Assembly (NCBI GenBank): GCA_017513085.1
Contig: JAFWDK010000023.1
Coordinates: 1 to 64,000 of the forward strand
Direction: 5' to 3'
DNA length: 64,000 nt
Source of the DNA: Clostridiales bacterium
GTDB lineage: Bacteria > Bacillota > Clostridia > Saccharofermentanales > Saccharofermentanaceae
A program made the translations under genes and the position numbers. The notes beneath the pieces are model-generated. The model did no database searches, was not told the origin of the DNA, and saw nothing but the letters and a program-made list of their open reading frames with translations. Positions 1 to 8,121 of the stretch are shown in pieces (positions within the stretch are counted from its first letter, which is position 1; the number at the start of each line of letters is the position of its first letter).

Positions 1-95
1 AAGCATCTAGAAGAGATATTATCTGGTGTTTTGGGATATTCTCCTTGCCGGTATAATTTCACACACTTTAATTTGAATTCTTTACTGTAACGCAT

Positions 96-134
96 AAAAA
101 TACCCTCCTTACTGTTTGTCCAGTAAGGAGGGTA
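96..134 (-). terminator. Rho-independent terminator of the signalling operon
   Basis: 14-bp perfect stem TACCCTCCTTACTG/CAGTAAGGAGGGTA (101-134), with AAAAA at 96-100 giving a U-tract on the minus strand, ~100 nt after the stop at 232. Confidence 0.8.
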
Positions 135-231
135 CATATCATCGAAACAGTTCTCTTTCTTTTTTTCGTGCATCACTATTACAGTCCAAAAAGCACTTTT
201 CCATCCCGGACCGTAGTCCACGTCAACCTTG

Positions 232-2985
232 TCATACTCCGTTCTTTTTGTCTTCTTTATCCTTTTCGCGAAGGAGAAGTCCGAACGTTCCGGGGCCGCA
301 GTTTACGGAGATTGCCGGAGATGCCTGGCGGAAGTAAACTTCATCGAATCTTATCTTCTTATCGATCTGCTCACGGATCCAATCCAGATCGCGGTTGCTG
401 AGACCTACATATGTTACGAACAGGATGCGCGTATCGATAGGTTTCTCACTGGAAAGGCATGTGTTGATGTAATTCTTCCAGGCTCTCTTTCGGGAACCGA
501 AGTACAGCATACCCAGTCCCATCTTGCCTTTCTTAAGAACCAGGACAGGTCTTCCCATAAGGGAATTGACAAGATTGGCGACTCCTTTTCCAACCTGTCT
601 GGCGCGGGCAAGGAAATCGAGATTATCCACGATGAAGCTGGTATGTACTCTCTTCTTCAATCTTTCCAGACGGGCCAGAATCTCTTCCGGACTCTTGCCC
701 GCATCTGCCATCCGGCATGCCTCGATCGCCAGGATACCCTGCCCGCTCGAGAGGTGACCCGAATCAAAAACGAACACACTGTCGAAGGATTTAGCAGCTT
801 CGAGAGCGATCGGATAACCACTGTTCTCCACCTTGGAGGAAATGGCAATGTGAATGATATTATTCGCAGAAGAAAGCTGCTTGGCAAAGAAATCTTCCAT
901 CTCCTTCACCGACGGCGCCGTCGGCATGACCACGTGGTCACGGTCCTCCATATATTTCAGTATGCCGCGCGTGTCGATCTCTTTTCCGTCTTTAAAAACA
1001 CCCTCGGCCGTGCAGACTTTATGCGGGACCACTTCAATACCATACTTCTTCACGATTTCAGGAGGAAGATCCGCAACACTCTCCGTCGTGATGATGACTC
1101 TCTTTCTCTTCCGGTCACCACGCATCCAGGAAATCGACTCCTCCGCAATTTCAGTACGGTTACCGGTAATGTAGACAAGTTCTTTTGGAAGGAGACGGTA
1201 AAGCTCGTTCTCCAGATCGCTACCGCTTACCGGCTTGACAAGATAGCCGTCAAAATTCTCTTTTATATAGAGCTGTCGGTTTTCTTCGTCCGCGTTGGCG
1301 GTCAGCACGACTATGCTGGTCTCACGGCAACGGCCACCGGTCTGATCTACTATCCGTCGACGGCACTCGATACCGTCCATCTCCGGCATAAGGTGATCCA
1401 TAAAGATCACATCGTACTTAATGTTTAAGGTCTTTCGCAGCGCATCGGCTCCGCTCATGGCTGTATCGATCCGGATCTTCGTATCACGAAGAAGTTTTGT
1501 TACGACCATGAGATTGGCTTCGTTATCGTCCACCACCAGGATCCTGGCTTGCGGGGCTTCGAATTTCGGCACATAGTCTTCCTTCTGCCCGAAGGATTTA
1601 CTCTTATCGAAATTGTACTGCCCCATTTTGTTTTTGTTTTCACAGATCTGCGGGATCTCCACGATAAAAGTGGAACCTTTCGTATAGACACTGTTCACCG
1701 TGACTTTACCGCCCATCAGATCGACCAGTTGTTTTACGATGGAAAGGCCTAAACCGGTACCCTCGATGTGCTTGTTGGAATCCTCGTCCACACGCTTAAA
1801 CGCCGAGAAAAGATACGGGATGTCATCCGGCTTGATTCCGACGCCGGTGTCGGTCACGGAATAGAACATATTGCACGTGGCGTCATCGAGCATCTCACAC
1901 TGCACGGACAACGACACGGAACCTTCCTTGGTATACTTGATGGCATTGTTGATGATGTTGATCAGGATCTGCTTGATACGGACATCATCGCCGATCAGTT
2001 CATTGGGGATATCAGGCGAAACATCGACATGGAACTCCAGCTTCTTCTCTTTTGCACGGATCCACATCATGCCGACAAGATCCGAGAGCATTTCACCGGT
2101 CTGATACGGTGCCGACAGAAGCTGCATGCGTCCGGACTGGATCTTCGACATGTCGAGGATATCGTTGATCAGGTTCAGAAGAAGTTTACCGGCCGATTTG
2201 ATGTTGGCCGCATCTTCCATAACTTCTTCACTTACATCTTCTCTAAGGATCATCTCGTTAAGTCCGATGATCGTGTTGATCGGCGTACGGATCTCATGGC
2301 TCATGTTGGAGAAGAAACTGTTCTGCGCTTTGTTGAGCATCTCGATCTCCTGGTGCTGCCGGTTCGCTGCCACGATCTCCTTTTGCAGGCAATATTTCGT
2401 ATAAAGCATGACAATGCCCATGACGATCTGGAAGATCAGGAACACCAGGAAGTTTGTAAAAGTCGTACGGGTGATCAGTGCTTTTTCAGAATAAGCAATA
2501 TAAACGAGCGTCGTCATGGCCACATCCGAAACCGCCACCAGCGCGATGTATTCGATCGGGTTGAGGTAGATGCAGATCGGCACCATCAAGGAGACGGCAA
2601 GATACAGCGTTGTGTCCATCGAGTTATTGTAGTTGAGGTTAATGTACGCAAGTGTTATGACAAGACCGTACATGACCACTGCCAGAAAAGCACTTAGAAA
2701 GTGAAGCATCTTTATGCGATGCTCGAAGTCCTTCGAGGCGTACCGCATCAGCGCGAACCACAGAAGCGAGGATACGATCAGGATGATGTAACATGCCCGG
2801 TGCAGCGTCAGGCTGTTGCGGAATTCCGAAGGTTCCACGATCGACCAGATAAAATATCCGATCACGGCAAGCATGACGAAAAATACCATCGCATGTGTGG
2901 TCTTGACCGTGCCTTTATAGATCGAGGACACCGCTTCTTTGTCGTGGGAAGACGGTTTGAAAATGTAAGTCAGTAATCCTTTCAT
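232..2985 (-). CDS. Membrane hybrid sensor histidine kinase with receiver domain and C-terminal DegV/FakB-like domain
   Basis: ~6 N-terminal TM helices; H-box SHEIRTP; N/G boxes NIINNAIKYT, DTGVGI, GTGLGL; REC LVVDD...FMDHLMP...KP; C-terminal IITTESVADLP...ISSK...DSGHLSSGQG...CGPGTFG resembles DegV. Confidence 0.9.
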   Translation of the reverse strand: MKGLLTYIFKPSSHDKEAVSSIYKGTVKTTHAMVFFVMLAVIGYFIWSIVEPSEFRNSLTLHRACYIILIVSSLLWFALMRYASKDFEHRIKMLHFLSAFLAVVMYGLVITLAYINLNYNNSMDTTLYLAVSLMVPICIYLNPIEYIALVAVSDVAMTTLVYIAYSEKALITRTTFTNFLVFLIFQIVMGIVMLYTKYCLQKEIVAANRQHQEIEMLNKAQNSFFSNMSHEIRTPINTIIGLNEMILREDVSEEVMEDAANIKSAGKLLLNLINDILDMSKIQSGRMQLLSAPYQTGEMLSDLVGMMWIRAKEKKLEFHVDVSPDIPNELIGDDVRIKQILINIINNAIKYTKEGSVSLSVQCEMLDDATCNMFYSVTDTGVGIKPDDIPYLFSAFKRVDEDSNKHIEGTGLGLSIVKQLVDLMGGKVTVNSVYTKGSTFIVEIPQICENKNKMGQYNFDKSKSFGQKEDYVPKFEAPQARILVVDDNEANLMVVTKLLRDTKIRIDTAMSGADALRKTLNIKYDVIFMDHLMPEMDGIECRRRIVDQTGGRCRETSIVVLTANADEENRQLYIKENFDGYLVKPVSGSDLENELYRLLPKELVYITGNRTEIAEESISWMRGDRKRKRVIITTESVADLPPEIVKKYGIEVVPHKVCTAEGVFKDGKEIDTRGILKYMEDRDHVVMPTAPSVKEMEDFFAKQLSSANNIIHIAISSKVENSGYPIALEAAKSFDSVFVFDSGHLSSGQGILAIEACRMADAGKSPEEILARLERLKKRVHTSFIVDNLDFLARARQVGKGVANLVNSLMGRPVLVLKKGKMGLGMLYFGSRKRAWKNYINTCLSSEKPIDTRILFVTYVGLSNRDLDWIREQIDKKIRFDEVYFRQASPAISVNCGPGTFGLLLREKDKEDKKNGV

Positions 2986-5657
2986 GTTTCATCCCCTCCT
3001 TCCTCAACATCGACCGGTTCGAATTCCAGGATCTCCTCATCCGGCGCTTCAGCTCCGGACGTCTCGTCTCTCTTCTCACCTGTCCTGGGCGCATCGGAGG
3101 AGTCTGTCTCTTCCAAGCCTTCGGAAGCCTGCTTTTCCTCTTTCGCCAGGCGGATATCCTCCTCAAGGAATTCGCTTATGCCTTTTACCACCGTCGCATA
3201 TTCGCTCATGGCACTATAGTGATTGCCGGCGATGTACTCCTCACGCTTCTCCTTCGCCGCCAGCTCCAGTGCTTTTGCATCCTCCGAAAGCACTGACGCG
3301 CCGATCATTTTGGCAGTGCTCTTCAGTGCGTGGACCAGTATTTCGTAATTGTGCCAGTCACCGGATTCATAGTAATGGCCGATCAAGGGCGTCTTCTCAT
3401 CCGCTTCGATCGCGAACTGGACCAGAAGATCTTTATAGAACTGGAAATCATCCATGCAGTATTTCATACCGGCTTTCGTGTCAACGCCATAGCCTTTCAA
3501 ATGTTCTTTCAGCGTAATCGCGTTCACGACTTTGCTTTCCGGCTGACTCCGCATTGCCTCGAAGTCTATGGGCTTGATATCTTCCACATGGATCTCTTCC
3601 ATCGACACCATATTCTTCGGAAGGACCTGCCGCATGACACGCTCGAGTTCCTCGATCTCGATCGGTTTGCTGACGAATCCGTCAAAGCCTTCCGCCAGGA
3701 ACATCTGCTTGGCGGAACTCATTGCATTGGCCGTAAGCGCGACGATCGGGATCTCGCCGTTTTTACCGGATACATCCGAGCGGATCCGCTTCATGGCTTC
3801 GACGCCATCCATGCCACTCATCATGTGATCCATGAAAATGATATCGAAGCTCTTCTCCCGGCATATGTCGATCGCTTCCTGTCCCGAAAGCACGGTCGAC
3901 ACTTCCATGCCGTAATTACGGAAGATGCTTTTTCCGACTACGAGGTTCATCGGCTCATCGTCTACGATCAGCGTCTTCACGCCACGGCAGTACATCTTCC
4001 TGCCGACACTTTGCGCATCGTGGAGATTGGTATTCAATACGGAAACGACCGGGAAGCAATAGAACGGTTTTTCCATGACTCTGGCGCCTGATCCTTGCGG
4101 CAGGACGAAATCGTCATTGGCCACTACGACTACCAGTATTTCCTTCGCCAGGCTTTCGATCAGTTCCATATTCGATCCGTATTCTTCTTCCGCCACAAAC
4201 AGATGCGTCATATGGACGGATTCGTGCAGAAGCTTGAGATCTTCCGGATTATTGACACGATGCATCTGGATCCCTAGTCCTTTAACAATGTTCAAAACCA
4301 TGGAATTGTAGTAATCGCGGACCGCCGGATCCGAGAACTTTTCAAAATGCAGATATGCGCCGAGGATGAGCTGATCCGGATGTGCCACCGACATGCAGCT
4401 GGTCGGATCGACGACTTTCTGGGGAATACTGACGTTGACCGTAGTGCCGGAGTCCTTCTTACTCGTGATCGTCATGAAGCCGCCAAGAAGTGCGACAAAA
4501 CCGGAAACGATCGCCAGACCCAGACCCAGACCTCCGCCCATGCGGGAACGGCCGGAGTCAGCCTGGTAGAAACTGTCGTAAACTTTTTCGAGTTCATAAT
4601 CGGACATTCCGATACCGGTATCCGTCACCTCAATGCAGAGATTGATACCGTATTTCTGCGTTTCACTGGAGATCCTGACATACACACCGCCCTTACGCGT
4701 GTATTTTAAGCCGTTCGAGATCAGTGCGCGAAGGATCTTCTTGAGTTTGGATACATCGGAATGCATCACGGCCGGAAGCGCCGGATCCACGTCGATGATC
4801 AGCTCCACATCTTTCGACTTCTCACGACGAAGCTCCGTCACCAGATCGTGAAGGACCGACGAAAGCATATAGTCTTCATTGTTCGCCACGGATTTTTTCC
4901 GGTCGAGCTCGGAATAATCGAGAATATCGCTGATCTGCTCCGCGACTTTCCGTCCGGCATCGCGAACCGCGACCAGATCTCCCAGGATCTCTCTATTCTG
5001 CGATTTATCGATGCAGATACCGGTAAGACCTATTACCGCGTTGACCGGAGTACGGATCTCATGGGAAACATTAGCCAGGAAATCGTTCAATCTCTCCGTG
5101 TCATCCCGAAGTTCCACGATCTCATCCTGCGTACTCAGAAGCACTTGCGTCCACTTGTCGATGACGATCTTGGCAAACCATCCGATCAGGAAGATCAGGA
5201 TCAGATGCAGAATGAACCTTGAAATGATCAGCGCATCGAACTTCTCGTTGCCGACGATCCTGACGCCCACCTGATAAGCCATCGTAATGTAATAGGTGAT
5301 CTGCGCAAGCGTGATCAGTGCTTTGATACCCGTCATAGTCAAAAGAATGATCACCATTGCCATCACCAGTGCCAGGTCAAAAGCACTGGTAGGGTGAATG
5401 CCGTAAAAAAACGCCGTGCACATGATCAGGATCGCATAGATCCGGATGCGTACGGCGGGTGCGGTATCCTGACGAAAATGCAGGAGCCAGCAGACGATCA
5501 CGGCCACACCGACAAGAAGAAGCACCCATTTTTCCCATCCCATCAGGAATGTTTCAGCGACCAGCGCCGCTGCGAAAACGGTATACGTCACCAGGAGCAT
5601 CAGGTGTGAAGAATGGAAAAGTTCCTGTTGGTCTTTCATGTCATTGGAATTACTCAT
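2982..5657 (-). CDS. Membrane hybrid histidine kinase with probable pseudo-receiver, REC and Hpt domains
   Basis: TM N-terminus; SHEIRTP; NGLKYT, DTGIG, GLGLGL; REC IVDD...FMDHMM...KP; Hpt HALKSTA; 4-nt overlap with the next gene. Confidence 0.9.
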   Translation of the reverse strand: MSNSNDMKDQQELFHSSHLMLLVTYTVFAAALVAETFLMGWEKWVLLLVGVAVIVCWLLHFRQDTAPAVRIRIYAILIMCTAFFYGIHPTSAFDLALVMAMVIILLTMTGIKALITLAQITYYITMAYQVGVRIVGNEKFDALIISRFILHLILIFLIGWFAKIVIDKWTQVLLSTQDEIVELRDDTERLNDFLANVSHEIRTPVNAVIGLTGICIDKSQNREILGDLVAVRDAGRKVAEQISDILDYSELDRKKSVANNEDYMLSSVLHDLVTELRREKSKDVELIIDVDPALPAVMHSDVSKLKKILRALISNGLKYTRKGGVYVRISSETQKYGINLCIEVTDTGIGMSDYELEKVYDSFYQADSGRSRMGGGLGLGLAIVSGFVALLGGFMTITSKKDSGTTVNVSIPQKVVDPTSCMSVAHPDQLILGAYLHFEKFSDPAVRDYYNSMVLNIVKGLGIQMHRVNNPEDLKLLHESVHMTHLFVAEEEYGSNMELIESLAKEILVVVVANDDFVLPQGSGARVMEKPFYCFPVVSVLNTNLHDAQSVGRKMYCRGVKTLIVDDEPMNLVVGKSIFRNYGMEVSTVLSGQEAIDICREKSFDIIFMDHMMSGMDGVEAMKRIRSDVSGKNGEIPIVALTANAMSSAKQMFLAEGFDGFVSKPIEIEELERVMRQVLPKNMVSMEEIHVEDIKPIDFEAMRSQPESKVVNAITLKEHLKGYGVDTKAGMKYCMDDFQFYKDLLVQFAIEADEKTPLIGHYYESGDWHNYEILVHALKSTAKMIGASVLSEDAKALELAAKEKREEYIAGNHYSAMSEYATVVKGISEFLEEDIRLAKEEKQASEGLEETDSSDAPRTGEKRDETSGAEAPDEEILEFEPVDVEEGGDET

Positions 5658-8031
5658 TGCTTCTCTCCTTCGGTTTTATATCCGTATCTTCGTTGATGAT
5701 CTCGATCATAATATCGGCGAACCTTGGGTCGAATTGCGTGCCCTTTCCGTTCGAAAGCTCGCTTATGATCTTTTCTTGCGGCAATCTGGAGCGGTAGCTT
5801 CGGTCACTGGACATCGCATCATAAGCATCGGCCACGGCAATGATCCTGGCCACCTCCGGAATATCGAATCCGGACAGTCCATCCGGATATCCTTTTCCGT
5901 CGAAGCGCTCATGATGCAGTCTCGCCGCCACGGTCAGCTCCGGATCCTCTTTGATCTGCTCGAGGATCTGCGCGCCCATCGTCGGGTGCTTCTTGATAAT
6001 GGTGAACTCTTCATCTGTCAGTTTATCCGGTTTATTTATAATTGTATTAGGAATGCCGATCTTTCCGACATCATGAAGCAGTCCCATCATGTAGACCTCT
6101 TCCTGGCGGAATTCCGAATAGCCAGCGCGTCTTGCGATCCGTCTGGAATACTCTGCCACGCGTCCGGAATGACCTCGTGTATAAATGTCCTTTGTATCGA
6201 TCGCCGCCGCAAGCGATTCCACCACGTGGATCAGGAGCATCCTGTTCTCCTGCGTCTTTTTCTTCACTTCGTAACTCAGTTGGTTCTGAAGCGTGACCAG
6301 TTCGATCATGTGCTGCGCGCGAAGCAGAAGCACTTCCGGAACAAAGGGTTTGCGGATGAAGTCCATAGCCCCCAGCGCCAGACCTTTGCTCTCTGCGCCG
6401 GAACTCTCGTCCGCGGTCAGAAAGATCACCGGGATCTTCGACGCCGGGCTACTGATCAGGCGGAGCCTGCGCAAAGTCTCGTATCCGTCCATGTCCGGCA
6501 TCTTGATGTCCAAAAGGATAAGATCCGGATGCTGCCCGCCCTGCTCGATGTAGTTCAGGAGCGCCTGTCCGGACTTGAACGCCGTGACACGGATCCCGCC
6601 GGAACTCAAGATCTTACCGGCCACCTGAAGATTCATCGCATCGTCATCCACGATGATCACATGGCGGTCTTTTTTCTTATTGATCCTCTTCTCGTAATCG
6701 TTGCCCAGGAACTCACTTTCCCACGTCACGTCGAGTTCACGGCCCATATGCTCTTCCCATGTGTCCGTGATATGCTTGATGACCTTCTCCGTAGAATCTT
6801 CACGGATGTCCGTCAAAAAGACGAAGTACTGGTTTCGCCGGTTACGCATCAGAATATCGGATTTTCTCAGAGAATGCCGGATGTGATTGCCGAACTCATC
6901 GAGAAGATCACTATATCTCTCCGGAGAAATCTTTTCAGGCCTTGAAAGCGTAAAAAGCACCTTGCACGCGCTGACCCGGTTTCTTATGATATATCGGATA
7001 ATATACCTGTATACAGGTGCAAAAGAATCCTTATCCAGTTGCAGTGCCACATCCGGGATAGTCCTCTCACCCAGGATGCCAGAGATCGACCGGATATCCG
7101 GCACCATCTCGTCGTCACCATCATCGTCAAAAGCTTCCGCGCAATACAGACTGTATCCATGCTTGCCGTTTTTCTTAACAGTATAAAGAGATTTATCCGC
7201 CTGCTTGATCAACGTATTGTAATCGTTTCCATGGCGCGGAACATAGATTGCGCCGACCGATGCGCCAAGCGGGATATCCATGTCATTTCCCATCAGATCT
7301 TTGGCCATCGCCACAACTTCTTCGTTCAGCTTTCTCGTGATCTCCGCCACGGCCGAATCCGTCACGACGCCCTTGGCAAAAGCAACAAACTCGTCTCCGC
7401 CGAGTCTTCCGCATGTACTGCCTTCAGGCACTGCGCTTTTCACGATCCGGGCAAATCCAAAAAGGACTTTATCACCCATGTCGTGGCCGTAAATATCGTT
7501 TACGGGTTTAAAGGAATCGAGGTCGATCATCATCAGACAGCCGGTGCTCTCTGTACAGACCTTGGTCAGCCGGCTCTCGCTTGCGCCTTTATTCAGGAAC
7601 CCGGTCAGTTTGTCGATGGACGCTTCGCTCTTCAAGCTCCGCATCTCAGAGCGGCTGGACATGACATTATCGATACGGCGCATGAGCACGTCCGGATTAA
7701 AGGGTTTTCTGACAAAATCCGAAACACCCATTTCAAAACCACGGGTCTCGGTCTGGCTGTCTTCATCCGCAGTCAGGAAAATGACCGGCGTGGTCTCCGC
7801 GTTCACTTTTTTCTCGTAATCACGGAGAAGTTTGAGCGTCTCAAATCCGTCCAGTCCGGGCATCTTAATATCCAGAAGGATCAGATCCGGAAAACCCTTC
7901 TCCGGAATATAGTCCAAGAGCGCCTGCCCCGACTTCAAAGCAGTCACTCTCATATTGTTCCTGCTCAGTATATGACCTGCCATTTTCAGGTTAGCGGTAT
8001 CATCGTCCACTACCATGATCCAATTTGCCAT
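5650..8031 (-). CDS. Dual-receiver diguanylate cyclase / HD-GYP phosphodiesterase (REC-GGDEF-degenerate GGDEF-REC-HD-GYP)
   Basis: Two REC domains (VVDDD..LLDIKMP..KPF; IVDDD..LLDIKMP..KPF); DLDSFK..ND.YGH..GD and RLGGDEF; LLHDVGK and HHERFDGKGYP. Confidence 0.92.
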   Translation of the reverse strand: MANWIMVVDDDTANLKMAGHILSRNNMRVTALKSGQALLDYIPEKGFPDLILLDIKMPGLDGFETLKLLRDYEKKVNAETTPVIFLTADEDSQTETRGFEMGVSDFVRKPFNPDVLMRRIDNVMSSRSEMRSLKSEASIDKLTGFLNKGASESRLTKVCTESTGCLMMIDLDSFKPVNDIYGHDMGDKVLFGFARIVKSAVPEGSTCGRLGGDEFVAFAKGVVTDSAVAEITRKLNEEVVAMAKDLMGNDMDIPLGASVGAIYVPRHGNDYNTLIKQADKSLYTVKKNGKHGYSLYCAEAFDDDGDDEMVPDIRSISGILGERTIPDVALQLDKDSFAPVYRYIIRYIIRNRVSACKVLFTLSRPEKISPERYSDLLDEFGNHIRHSLRKSDILMRNRRNQYFVFLTDIREDSTEKVIKHITDTWEEHMGRELDVTWESEFLGNDYEKRINKKKDRHVIIVDDDAMNLQVAGKILSSGGIRVTAFKSGQALLNYIEQGGQHPDLILLDIKMPDMDGYETLRRLRLISSPASKIPVIFLTADESSGAESKGLALGAMDFIRKPFVPEVLLLRAQHMIELVTLQNQLSYEVKKKTQENRMLLIHVVESLAAAIDTKDIYTRGHSGRVAEYSRRIARRAGYSEFRQEEVYMMGLLHDVGKIGIPNTIINKPDKLTDEEFTIIKKHPTMGAQILEQIKEDPELTVAARLHHERFDGKGYPDGLSGFDIPEVARIIAVADAYDAMSSDRSYRSRLPQEKIISELSNGKGTQFDPRFADIMIEIINEDTDIKPKERSNE

Positions 8032-8121
8032 CTTGATCCCCCCGACAAACTATACGTGTTTCCCCAAACACGATTCCGACACATTCCACAACACACTATT
8101 TCATTATATCATCCAGGACCT

